Shown: positions 53,190 to 64,000 of the stretch, in pieces | How the letters are laid out: every line of letters starts with the position of its first letter | Numbering within the stretch: the first letter of the stretch is position 1 | NCBI GenBank assembly: GCA_036785375.1 | Contig: JAWMAR010000123.1 | Coordinates: 1,984,001-2,048,000, forward strand | Reading direction: 5' to 3' | Origin: Leucoraja ocellata | Taxonomy: Eukaryota | Length of the DNA: 64,000 nucleotides | Notes under the pieces: model-generated | The model's database searches: none | Told to the model about the DNA's origin: nothing | What the model saw: the letters and a program-made list of their open reading frames with translations, nothing else | Position numbers and translations under genes: made by a program

Positions 53190-53372
53190 TAGGAATGAAC
53201 TGCAGATGCCAATTTAAACCAAAGATACACATAAAGTGCTGGAGTAACTCAGCAGGACAGATAGGATCTCTGGAGAGAAGGAACGGGTGACATTTCGGGT
53301 CTGAAGAAGGGTGTCGATCTGAAACATCATCCATTCCTTCTCCAGCTTTTACTCCAGCTTTTTGTGCCTAGA
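53190..53372. mobile_element. Fold-back Penelope-derived mini-element
   Basis: Family arm plus CTGAAGAAGGGTGTCGATCTGAAACATC core remnant. Confidence 0.75.
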
Positions 53373-53916
53373 AATTCATACTGACTGACATGGATTTTTA
53401 CACATTTTTTTGTTCAAGTATAGGTACTGGCTATGAATGTTCCCAGCATTGATGTTGGGGAACCAAGGTGCAAATACTCAGTTTAACAATCCTTTTACAG
53501 GATAGCTGTAACAAGAAAGAATCACAAAAGGACAGTCAGTAGTGATTGCTACTTTTCTTCCTTCTCATAAGTCTGGATTACATTTCACTTAGGCTCTGCA
53601 CTGTGTCATGCTGCTCAGAATAGCTGAAATACCTCAAACCACTGCAAGCAGATCAAATATATACAGGGAAATTTTAGAATTTTTTTAAAGTAATAATGAA
53701 AAAGTTCAGCTCTGCATGAAATTTATAGTCGGAGTGAGAAGCTGTGGAAATGGAACTTTCAAAGGGTAGTTTGAAAGCCCCCATCACAATTTAAGCAACT
53801 AGCATTCATGCAGAAGGATGTCAGAATACTAGCAGGTTTAGGTGGGGATGTCAGGTATCAACCATGTATGGAAGGATCCACATTTTAGGTGACCTCTGAA
53901 ACATCACTGAGGCTTA

Positions 53917-53930
53917 ACAGCAGAGGGCGC
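53917..53930 (+). promoter_or_regulatory. CTCF-like motif
   Basis: ACAGCAGAGGGCGC matches the CCASYAGRKGGCRS consensus except at the first base. Confidence 0.5.
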
Positions 53931-54259
53931 AAAAGATGGTTAGAAAATTCCCCAACTTCTGTAAAGGGTTAGCAAATATTACAGAAAAGGCATAAGAAAA
54001 TTTGCGCTAAGTGGATTTGTTGAAATTGTTTTTGCAATGGACTGGCACGATTAAAGCACCTGCACAAACCTAGACCAAGGAGATCAACTTTGTTGAAGGC
54101 CATCATCGAAGTCTGCTTTCCATTGATACACAAAGTTACTGCAAAATAATCTGCTTCACTCCAGTTAAGCAGTTGTTACCCAAATGAAAGGTTAATGAGT
54201 GAACGATGCAGGTGCCCTTTGGTATGGGTACAAGTGCAGCACAAATGCCCACATCTCAC

Positions 54260-54412
54260 CCTTTCTTCACGAGTCCTCGCCCTCATCATCTTGGCACGGA
54301 GTTGAACATGATAGTCATTGTAGTACTTCTTGGCACGAGCAACTTGCTGTCTTTGCTCCTTCATCTTATTCTGGGCCAACTTCTGCTGCCGGATGCGTCC
54401 CTTAAACTCTTT
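54260..54412 (-). CDS. CEP95: CEP95 exon: [51 protein letters not shown]
   Basis: ctttcag|AAA, AGG|gtgaga, 153 nt. Confidence 0.94.
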
Positions 54413-54559
54413 CTGAAAGTGAAGCAGAAAAGTAGTTGGTACGGGACGAATATCTTGTAATGGTCGTCAACAGCATATGACCAGTGACAATGGAGGAGAC
54501 ATTAAGGGAGAAGCTGCTAAACACACAGAAAATGAGTTGAGTAAGTACTGTAGTCTTTA

Positions 54560-54775
54560 GCACCCGTCACATCTTCAAATGTCCCAAAGCCTTTGACAGG
54601 TCGAGCTTCTCTGTTGCTGGGAATGGGATAATCAATATGCATGTGGCAAGGTGCCACAACATGTTTTAGTGACAAATGACTGGTTTTAAGTCACACTATT
54701 TCAGGAAATCTTAATGCCAGGAAAATGATGCCACGGGATGTTTGAATATCTATCCGAGAGGACAGAGGGATGACA
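54560..54775 (-). mobile_element. Old Deu-domain SINE relic (SacSINE1/AmnSINE-like)
   Basis: By-eye similarity to the reverse Deu domain (gtcccaaagcctttgacag...tgccacgggatg...atccgagaggacag); not aligned computationally. Confidence 0.4.
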
Positions 54776-55145
54776 CACCGCTGCAAACTCACATTCAACA
54801 GACGATGGAAGTCACGGGAAATTAGCTTGTGCCAGGATGTTCTATTAAACTATGTAACAATTCTGTCAGTATTTTTAATTTGCAGTAACAAATATTTATA
54901 GCTATTAAAAATAGCTTTATTTTTGAAATTCCTATGGGGATAAGACCATTGTTATTGAGAGTCTGAAAGCCTCACCTCGAATCCTCTTTTCCCCATTGAC
55001 ACAATTGTTTTTATAACCCGGTGTTCTATGATGTGACAAGTGCCTTCATGGCGGATCTACTTGGTGGTTAATCAAAAATTATTAGATGGTACATTTCTGG
55101 TTTGTTCGAGGTGCTATGTAATTAAAATGGATCTGTGAGCCTCAC

Positions 55146-55220
55146 CAGCCTGTGGTTGTGATCCTGTTCCTTTTTAATGATGTCCATCAGCAGGTCATGC
55201 TTCCTCTGGGCATCTTCAAT
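55146..55220 (-). CDS. CEP95: CEP95 exon: IEDAQRKHDLLMDIIKKEQDHNHRL
   Basis: ttgttag|ATT, CTG|gtgagg, 75 nt. Confidence 0.93.
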
Positions 55221-55350
55221 CTAACAAAGTGGAAGCAGGAGGTGTTAGAAAGGGTCACTTAGTCTGGAAACTCAAACATGATATTTGAAAACACCACATT
55301 GAAGACTGTCCTGTAAGGACTGTGTATACGAGGTAGGCAATGCAACTCAC

Positions 55351-55520
55351 AGCGGACTGCAGCTTGGCTTGGTTCCGGTCTTGTTCAGAGCTGGACTTGG
55401 TCAGCTGTTCCACCTGCTTGAACTGCTGCTTCCACATTTTGTTCATTGTGTGCGGAGACACGGACAGATAGGGGAACTCTTCCAGTAGTAAAGGAAGGAG
55501 GTCGTTATCGTGGATCTTCA
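55351..55520 (-). CDS. CEP95: CEP95 exon: MKIHDNDLLPLLLEEFPYLSVSPHTMNKMWKQQ...AKLQSA
   Basis: gttgcag|TG, GCT|gtgagt, 170 nt. Confidence 0.93.
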
Positions 55521-55686
55521 CTGCAACGGACAAAACATTTAGATGGCATTTTGTAGAGATCAAACTTAAATTGCTCTAACGAATTTTTGTTGTTAAATCC
55601 GTGATAGTTCTTGTGTATATTAGATATGGACAGCACACCTTAAAGACAGACAGAGCAGCAGATGAACATTTGTTCATCCAAAGAAA

Positions 55687-55742
55687 GCCACCAGGTGTCA
55701 GCAAACAGAGTGATTTATGATAGTCCACCACCAGAGGGCAGT
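55687..55742 (+). promoter_or_regulatory. Tandem CTCF-like motifs
   Basis: GCCACCAGGTGTCAGC (55687-55702) and CCACCAGAGGGCAGT (55728-55742), same orientation. Confidence 0.55.
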
Positions 55743-55998
55743 GAGAAGCACATGATTCAAACACCACTGCAAAATCAGGCCAAGGTCTTGAATAATTACA
55801 TTCTGTCGTGGGAAATTAGCCAACAATAATGTTGCTTATCCTTCAAAGGGAATGCGGGACAGAGGTAATAACTGCTGTATATCATGTTTTTACCATGTGT
55901 GAGCAAAACACCGTCAAATTCCATGCATGTATACATACTTGGCCAATAACTTTATTCCGATTCCGATAGATCACGTGTAGGCAGATCAGATTCGTGTG

Positions 55999-56200
55999 GA
56001 GGAAGGAACTGCAGATGCTGGTTTAAACCAAAGACACAAAATCCTGGAGTAACTCAGCGGGGCAGGCTGCATCTCTGGAGAGAAAGAATGGGTGATGTTT
56101 CAGACCCAAGAAGGGTCTTGAACCGAAATGTCACCGATTCCTCCTCTCCAGAGAAGGTGCCAGTCCCGCTGAGTTACTCCAGAATTTTGCGTCTATCTTG
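55999..56200. mobile_element. Fold-back Penelope-derived mini-element with TSD
   Basis: Inverted arms; flanking repeat agattcgtgtg / agattagtgtg. Confidence 0.8.
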
Positions 56201-58948
56201 AGATTAGTGTGTAGTGGCATCATGTTCGGCACAGACCAGACACTATGGGCTGAGCGGCCTGTTTCTAGACAGTTCTGTTCAATGAATACACAGAAACAAA
56301 GACCCAAACACCCTCAATCTCTCATTCACATAGACAGTGAATGGTAGAGAGCTGGAGACCAAGGACACTCAAAAGGCATGTCAACCATCAACGTATGGTA
56401 GACCAATGACCTTTTCTAAAGGACCTGCAATAAAACGAGCTAACACACAACGTCAAGACATCGTGCACCTTCAAGTGGGCCGTACAATCGCAGGGCGAGA
56501 GGGCTTTGAGTGTTGAGGAAGAGGAATATGCACATTGTAGGTCTGATCTGCAGAAAGTGTAAAAGGGTTGGAGCACTGGGTTGTCCCAAGATTCAGCCAT
56601 TTAGCTGGTGCGGTGGGGGTGGAGAATCACAACCCGATTGTGGAAGAACACAAGGAAGAGGCATTCTGAGGACCACCCATCAGGAGCAAGGATTTGCCAC
56701 TGATGGATTCCATGAGCTTGGAGTGTCTCAAAGCTGTCCCTGTGCCCTGAAGACCTGTTTGAGGAGCTGCCCACACCAACTGCTTGCCACAGGTCTAGGA
56801 TGGGAGCTCGTGTTGGGTGGCACGGCTGTCAATGCTTGCGTCAGGGCACTTGAATTGCAGAAGGAAGAGCCCAGATTTCATAGGACATCCCAACCATCCC
56901 GAGTGCTTTTAAATAGCTAGTCAGCTATTTACACAAACATGGTGCTGCATGACAGAACTTTAAGCCAGTGTGATTTTACTCGATTCCCACCTCAATACCA
57001 TGAGGGAAAAAAAGTCACCAGCTGTGCTCTGGCTGAAAACAGTCGAAGCAGCCACACCAAATGTTTTTCCAATTAGAACTATTCGGAGAATAGAACTTAG
57101 AGTGCCATGGAGAATGAAGAGACAATGATGAATTAGAATCATGAAATGTGAGCACAGGCTGCAACTGAACATTTCTGAGGACGAGCCACTGCAAAGTTCA
57201 CATGAGGCAGCATCAATTCAACCAGCTGAATGGCTTGCTTCTCTGCTGCCAATGTGCCTTTGAGTTTCAGCTCACGTTTTGGTTTAATGCACCCAGGTTT
57301 GATTCTGAACATGCCTACAATTTTCCCCATCAGATTTCAATGACAACATTTGTGTTTCTGATGTTGGGTTGGGAGAGAGAGAGAGGCAAGTATTGGTTTC
57401 AGGCAGAGAGTAGGAAAAAGAAAAAAGCAAGTTTAAAGAAAGTATTGGTAGAAAGCTTGGTCATTGACAGAGTAAATCCAGATAGCTTCTTATCAATTCT
57501 CTTGTTAACAAATAAAAATGACCACAACATCTGCAGGGCTGAAGCAATGTTAAGTGGTCACCGAATCAGAGAATGTGGGGATGGGAGCAAGCATTGCATG
57601 AGATGGAGTTAACATTGAGGCTGGTGAGGAGGTGACTGTTGCGCAAATTGATTCTTTGTCAAGGAAGTTTGGAAAAGTTCATTCCTTTGTTACCTGTAGA
57701 CAAAGGTTCAACAGCTGTGTGGTGGCGTTTATGCTTTTCCAAATGTAATTAGCCAATTTTAGCAGATGTGTGTCGTCACCAAATTTCATCTGATACTTTC
57801 ACTGTAGTTTTAATGGGGTGGAGAGCAAGGTTAAATAAAATCAGTATTTGACTATTGACAATTTAGTAGCCAGTTGTAGAAATTACACTAGACATACTGG
57901 TTTAAAAAACACAATGAGCCTGGGCAGAACTGTTGGTATTTCCCAGCATAAAAGGACAATGTAAAAGCAGGAGTCTTAACCCTCCTGACTGTTGCATGCC
58001 CCCTGGATTCCCCGTGAGGTCCAGCAGCAGTATGGGAACATGCTGAGACACCACACAATTGACACAGGAGATGGTCCACCGGTCGAGTACCAGATTTCCC
58101 CCGACAAGAGGCAGGAGTTCATACACTTGAATGGAGAGCGGGTGGCGAGGAAGAACAAGCAACATGTCACTACGTCACTCTATGGCCAACAAGCACCCTG
58201 ATGTCAGCAGCAGAACCACTAGATCGAGAGCTAGAATGGGGAATGCGGCCATTTAATGAACTATTTCCCCATTTAGTGGCCAAGCCTGATCAAATAGGAA
58301 GCCAATTATCCAATTCACCTCTCCCGTGTTCCAAGTCTCGGAGAAGGCCCAATGTTTGTAGCTTAACCTATCTAGATCTCCTTTGTCCCATCTCGGGTCC
58401 CACTTGCCAGTCCTCACCTTCCATCCCACAATTCTCCCTCTGATCATCAGCAGCCGTGTCTAGTGCCGCTCCTTCTGGGATTCGGATCCAGATTCGATCT
58501 GGATTGGCCATTGAATGGGAACAAGGGCTTGATTCGGTTCCAGCATCCTTCCCACCTGTGTCATTATTGTTCAAGTTCAAAACCTGGCCTCATCTTTGAT
58601 CATTTCCCAAGGCACCGGCCTAGTGTCTGCTCATCTGTCCTCCCTTACTTTCACCAACAGCTGGGTAGGCTGTTTTATGCCAAAGAAACTTGTTGATGGC
58701 TGTTCTACCCAGACCAGCTTTTCTCTGAACTCAATGAAACTGAGATTAAAACAACAGTGGCACATACCAGGGTAAAGTTCAATGGTGGGGAGAGTGGGTG
58801 GGTGGGGGAGGGCTGCTTGATCCGGTGTACTTTGGCTCCACTGCAATGCTGTACAATTATCTTTGGTGGTTCCACAAGTTAACACGTTTCTCTCAAAAAT
58901 CACAACTTTCCATTCAGCAAAACTCAAGCGATTTCTTTGAATTCTTAC

Positions 58949-59096
58949 TCTGCATTGCTTTCTTTGGCCTTGCCACTCCTGTTGGCGTCCACTGGCCCGG
59001 CTTTGGCTTTCGTGGTGTGGTTTTTGCAGAATAAACTTTTGCTGGCTGCGGAGTTCTTGGAGTCTCTTTGAAGATGTTTTCTTTATACTCTTGCTC
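58949..59096 (-). CDS. CEP95: CEP95 exon: EQEYKENIFKETPRTPQPAKVYSAKTTPRKPKPGQWTPTGVARPKKAMQ
   Basis: atgaag|GAG, AGA|gtaaga, 148 nt; phase 1 matches next exon (A|TG = Met). Confidence 0.85.
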
Positions 59097-59357
59097 CTTC
59101 ATAACAGATGTAGAACAGATGTCAAGCACCCGACAGGAATAGTCTGCTTGTTTTATTTACCCATTGGAACATGGCATGAGTTAGCATATTTTGAACAGGA
59201 ATAAAAAAAAAACAAAACTCGATTGCTAGTCAAAAGCATGGAGTCATTCATTTCTACAAAACAAGATAATCTTCAGCTAAATGGTTATAACTCTGGTGTA
59301 TTGCCCAAACAGAACATGTGAATTTAGAAAATCAATTGAACTCATTTGATGACTTAC

Positions 59358-59450
59358 TGTTTTCTTCACTTTTGTTACTTCTTTTCCAATTTTAGCTTTC
59401 TCTTTTTTCTTGTAATGTTCCAGTTCGTCTTTGTAACACTCACTCACTGC
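59358..59450 (-). CDS. CEP95: CEP95 exon: AVSECYKDELEHYKKKEKAKIGKEVTKVKKT
   Basis: ctttag|GCA, ACA|gtaagt, 93 nt, open frame. Confidence 0.85.
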
Positions 59451-60249
59451 CTAAAGCGTAAAGAAAATGTCTCTGAAGATTTGTGGGGAAAGTCACTTAA
59501 AGAACAATTCACTACACAGCCAAATTGCTAATCACGGTTAATATTGGCAACCTCCCTGAAGGGAAATTCATTTCTTGGCGGAATGGGAAGTATACAGCTC
59601 ATTAAAGTGTCCTTAAACAGAAACATCCTCAAATGGAATGGGAGATTTCACCACGTTTGTTCAATTATGTTCTAAAAAGCACACTGAATGAAGCAAGTAA
59701 TTTCATTAGAGATAAGATTGTGTTATACATATTAGTGGATTATTGGCCATAACTATAACGAAAAAGGATGCTCAAGGCCGTGATCCAAATAACTCGAGGA
59801 ACGCATCTATGACTTGGGTTTTATGCTGCAGATCCGCAAACTGCTGCTCCAAATCCGGGTAATTGTTTGCCAAGTTGCTGGTTTATACGCGATTGGATAA
59901 TTAGATTTAGAGGAAGGTCACCAAATGAGAAAGCACCATCAAGAATAAACTACCATCCAATCCATATTTCATGTACCCAGGCCTTTATCAAATCAAAACG
60001 CACAGAATTAAAGACTCAACAACAAAAGTAAAAGCCCAAGGGCACCGAATATGCACCATGAGTGGTTCAATGGACTGGGCACAAAGTACTAGAAGAGTGT
60101 GTCCTACCAGGACAGTGTATGATCATTGCTCCAAACAGACATTCCCCTGGGTTACACAGACGAGTGCGACAGCAGGCCTTCCTCTGCTGGCACAGTTAAT
60201 CTGGCCCCTCCACATCCCCAACTTCCTCTGCAACACTGATGGCATTGTG

Positions 60250-60520
60250 TCACAGCTGGTGGAGCCAGGGTCTCAGGTGCTGTCTGTGTGGAGTTTGAAT
60301 GTTCTCCCCATGACCGTGTGTTTCCTCGGCTCCGGGTGCTTCAGTTCCCTCCCCCATCCCAATGGCGTCCAAGGTTGTATGTTAATTGACTGCTATAAAA
60401 TAGCTGTCAGTGTGTAGGGAGTGCTTTAGAAAGTGGGATAACATGGAACTAATGTGAACTGGGTGATCGATGGTCAGTGTGGGCATAGCGTGCTGCATCT
60501 CTGTCCTAAACATAAACAAA
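60250..60520 (+). mobile_element. tRNA-derived SINE (HE1-like), partial
   Basis: gtgctgtctgtgtggagtttgaatgttctccccatgaccgtgtgtttcctcggctccggg body, similar to the 3907 copy. Confidence 0.7.
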
Positions 60521-61237
60521 CAGTGCAGGGAATAGAGACCGACAAGGTTGCATCTATTATGCAATATTTGATGTTCCAAACTGCCTCATTCTATTTCAAT
60601 TTTTAAAAAGTATTCTTTGCACCATCCACAACAAGAGGTTAGAGATTTGGCATCAGCCCTATTCAAAACCGTTGCAAAGTAACTAAATCTCAAATATACA
60701 TTTTTCCTGAATATTGCAAGTTTTGTGATCTGCACTAGATGCAATAGGCTATCTGACATGGTTCTATCAGCCCACCTTATCAAGGTTACGCTGGCTGAAG
60801 GCACAACAGAAAATAACATTGAAGAAGTTGCAGTCAGATGATTCACTGTTTCCACGGCAACATACTCTTGCTTTCCCTGCCCACAAATGTCCCAAGCACA
60901 AGCTTTGACATTGAATATTCTTCAGCTGCCTGTTGTGAACGACCCAAACATACAATATTTACAGTCCAATGGACTCAACTGGAATCTGTATCCCTCTCAG
61001 CTTTTAATACATTATTCATTTCACCCAGAAGCCCTGAGACAGGAAAGAAAACCTAAAACTGGAATTTAAATGCTGTTGCCTAACTTTTATGGCTTCAAGA
61101 AAACCCTCCAAAAATTGTATAAATGGCATAAAGCAGGAAACAAATGTCAAGAGAACACTTCTACAGAACCCCAATTAAAAAGATAAATTCTAACTCTGGA
61201 CTTTCTAACACCGAGGCGTTTTGCATCTTAGTATTTA

Positions 61238-61705
61238 AAGACAATAGACAATAGGTGCAGGAGTAGGCCATTCGGCCCTTCGAGCCAGCAACGCCATTCA
61301 ATGTGATCATGGCTGATCATCCCCAATCAATACCCCGTTCCTGCTTTCTCCCCATATCCCCGACTCCGCTATTTTTAAGAGCCCTATCTAGCTCTCTCTT
61401 GAAAGCATCCAGAGAACCCGCCTCCACTGCCCTCCGAGGCAGAGAATACCACAGACTCACCACTCTCTGCGAGACAAAGTGCTTCCTCGTCTCCATTCTA
61501 AATGGCTTACTCCTTATTCTTAAACGGTGGCCCCTGGTTCTGGACTCCCCCAACATCAGGAACACGTTTCCTGCCTCTAGCGTGTCCAAGCCCTTAACAA
61601 TCTTATATGTTTCAATGAGATTGCCTCTCATCTTTCTAAACTCCGAGTGTACAATCCCAGCTGCACCATTCTCTCAGCATATGAGTCCCGCCATCCCGGG
61701 ACTTA
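61238..61705 (-). mobile_element. CR1-type LINE 3' fragment, low divergence
   Basis: ORF RGNLIETYKIVKGLDTLEAGNVFLMLGESRTRGHRLRIR...FKRELDRAL. Confidence 0.92.
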
Positions 61706-61937
61706 CCTGGAGTAAGTCACTACACTGTGGAACCGAATGACGTGTTCAATATGCCCAATGACAATATGTATGTTTAGAGTATTAACAATAATCTGGAATC
61801 CGCGTCAGTTTTGACAGCTGGTCTTCAGGTTCCTTTTTGCCTCACCAGGGTTCCAGTTCCCATGCTTCCTTCCAATTAGCCGGGACCCCAATTCCCATAC
61901 TCCCTTTAAATTCACTGGGTAATTAGAATACCACTTG

Positions 61938-62071
61938 TTTAAGAAGGAGCTGCAGATGCTGGAAAAATCAAAGGTAGATAAAAAAGCTGGAGAAACTCAG
62001 CAGGTGAGGCAGCATCTATGGAGCAAAGGAATAGGTGACGTTTCGAGTCGAGACCCTTATTCAGATGGTTC
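61938..62071 (-). mobile_element. Penelope-derived mini-element, single arm, with TSD
   Basis: Minus-strand core CTGAATAAGGGTCTCGACTCGAAACGTC; flanking repeat ataccacttg / atactacttg. Confidence 0.8.
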
Positions 62072-62204
62072 ATACTACTTGATTTTTTTTTTTTTTTTAT
62101 AACCACAAATTGAAAATACTGGTATATTAATAGGATTATTACAAAAACAGTTTGGAAAATAACTGGAGTAACTCAGGTCAGGTAGCATCTCAGAAGAAAA
62201 CGGA

Positions 62205-62640
62205 TCATAAGAGATACGAGTAGAATTAGGCCATTTGGCCCATCAAGACTCCTCCATTCAATCATGGCTCTATCTCCCTCCTAACCCCATTCCCCTGCCT
62301 TCTCCCCATAACCTCCGACACCTAAACTAATCAAGAATCTATCTATCTCTGCCTTAAATCTATCTCTGCCAAAATTTCCACAGATTCATCACCCACTGAC
62401 TAAATAAATTCCTCCTCATCTCCTTCCTAAAATAACATCCTTTAATTCTGAGGCTGTGACCACTTGTCCTAGACTCTCCCACTAGTGGAAACATCCTCTC
62501 CATATCCACTCTATCCAAACCTTTCACTATTCTATATATTTGAATGAGGTCCCTCTTCATTCTTCTGAACTCCAGCGAGTACAGGCCCAGTGCTATCAAA
62601 CGCTCATCATAAACTATTCATTCCTGGAATCATTCTTGTC
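62205..62640 (-). mobile_element. CR1-type LINE 3' fragment nested in a Penelope-derived mini-element (arms at ~62155-62205 and ~62640-62785)
   Basis: [51 protein letters not shown]; family arms on both sides. Confidence 0.85.
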
Positions 62641-63072
62641 AATGATAGGTAACATTTCAGACTGGGAAGAGTCCTGACCCAAATGTCACCCATCCATGTT
62701 CACCAGAGATGCTGCCTCACCCGTTGAGTCACTCCAGCACCTTGTCTTGATTTGTAAACCAGCACCTGCAGTCCCTTCTGTCTCCAGTTGGAACATTTGC
62801 CAGTCCAGCATCAAAGCATGCTGGATTATTGCAGCTTTACTATGGTCAAAGGTAAAGAAACGATGCAAATGTAAATTGTTCAAATTCTATTGCATGCATG
62901 TGAAATACAATTTACAACTGGACTAGCTCTGCAGCATTTGTGTAATACAACACAATATTTTTTCAAAGCTATGTCTTATGAAAGTAACACGTTGTGTAAT
63001 GTGGTTTGTTTTTGGGGTGCCACAAGCTGTGCTTGAAGCAGTTGCCAGATTTTGGGGCTATTGCCAACTTGC

Positions 63073-63251
63073 CTTGGCTTTCACCCTTTGTAGGTCCATT
63101 TCCTGCTGTAGATCTCTGCGGATTTTCCTCATTTCGCCCTTTGAATCTTTGTTGAGAGCATCTTCAAATTCAGCTCGTGGAGTTTGTCGAGGTGGAGAAG
63201 GAGAAAGAGAGCGAGCTCTGGCTCGGCCAGTCTTCCTGAGCAGTGGCGTTG
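63073..63251 (-). CDS. CEP95: CEP95 exon: TPLLRKTGRARARSLSPSPPRQTPRAEFEDAL...QEMDLQRVKAK
   Basis: Pyrimidine tract then tataaag|CA acceptor; non-canonical AAG|gcaagt donor; 179 nt; phase 0 join to next exon. Confidence 0.8.
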
Positions 63252-63781
63252 CTTTATATTTGGGGAAAACACAAAAAGATTAATTACATCGATTTAATAT
63301 TTTCAGACACGAGTAGTTTGAATGATTATTATGTTATTAATTGCTTTCATTCAGAAATTGCTATGTTTCAAACATTGATAATTCACAACCGATACCAACA
63401 CTTAAAGATCTATGCTGAAAATAGAGAATCATTTCTACTGGCCTGAAAATCCACTCATCTATTTGCATTTCCTAAATTGCTGGTTTTAAATGACTTAATT
63501 GCTAATGGAAGTTTATTTTGGTCCAGACAGCTGCGTTTACCCTCCAGTTCCAAATATTTATAAATGAGACAGAATTAATTAGACTTTATCCTTTTTGCTG
63601 AATAATTGCAACTAGAATAGAAGTTTACGCAATGGACATACATCACATCTTGTGAAGAGAAGGAGATCGAGACCAGGCCCAAGACATCACCCTGAATGAA
63701 GGTGGATAACTCCAACCACTTTCCTTGGTGCCCATAATGGCTCCGACCATTTCCCCTCCAGGTCTATTGCTTTCAGTATTA

Positions 63782-63953
63782 CCAGAGCTCCTCGATGCCT
63801 CACTTGGACAGGTGGTGCCTTGATGTCTGCAACACAAGAGCTGCAATGTCTAGAGGGATAGACACCACAGCTCTTGAGTTCCAGAGGTGAAGGAGCTGAA
63901 AGCTGTTGACATCAAGGCACCACTGGTCTAAGTGAGGCATCGAGGAGCTCTGG
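63782..63953. repeat. Long inverted repeat with nested inner hairpin
   Basis: 46-nt arms 63782-63827 / 63908-63953, 43 of 46 complementary; inner stems caagagctg/cagctcttg and tgtcta/tagaca. Confidence 0.9.
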
Positions 63954-64000
63954 AGTGAGCCTGGTCCTGACAAAATGTAGAAATAAAGAACTACAGGTGC

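Larger units (their letters stand above)
49915..63251 (-). other. CEP95: CEP95 (CCDC45) gene, 3' part: last 9 coding exons
   Basis: Exons join in frame to give motifs such as [75 protein letters not shown]; synteny with SMURF2. Confidence 0.93.

Noticed and set aside
56400-58760. Cluster of overlapping 60-136 aa ORFs in a CEP95 intron
   Set aside because: Slightly GC-richer, probably old decayed LINE sequence; no coherent protein, and the flanking CEP95 exons already join in frame.

Overview
Vertebrate genomic DNA, very probably from a cartilaginous fish (skate or ray), judging by the CR1/HER1-type LINE tails, HE1-like tRNA SINEs and Penelope-derived repeats. The window holds the 3' parts of two convergent genes, in the same tail-to-tail arrangement as in mammals. 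SMURF2 (+ strand) has 12 coding exons from 1108 to 39519 covering WW2, WW3 and the complete HECT domain, with a 3'UTR to about 41680. CEP95 (- strand) has its last 9 coding exons from 63251 to 49915, including one GC-AG intron. The spliced exons of both genes join in frame. Introns and the intergenic gap are filled with decayed CR1, Rex1/Babar, L1, Penelope, SINE and solo-LTR sequence. Main leads: (1) a family of ~130-210 bp, often fold-back, Penelope-derived mini-elements carrying a minimal hammerhead ribozyme core and 10-16 bp target-site duplications; (2) a candidate 18-nt in-frame microexon inside SMURF2 WW2 with SRRM3/4 and RBFOX signatures; (3) further candidate alternative or terminal exons in the 20 kb SMURF2 intron; (4) a nested 46-bp hairpin and co-oriented CTCF motifs in CEP95 introns. 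All of this was read by eye; repeat boundaries are approximate and no searches were run.
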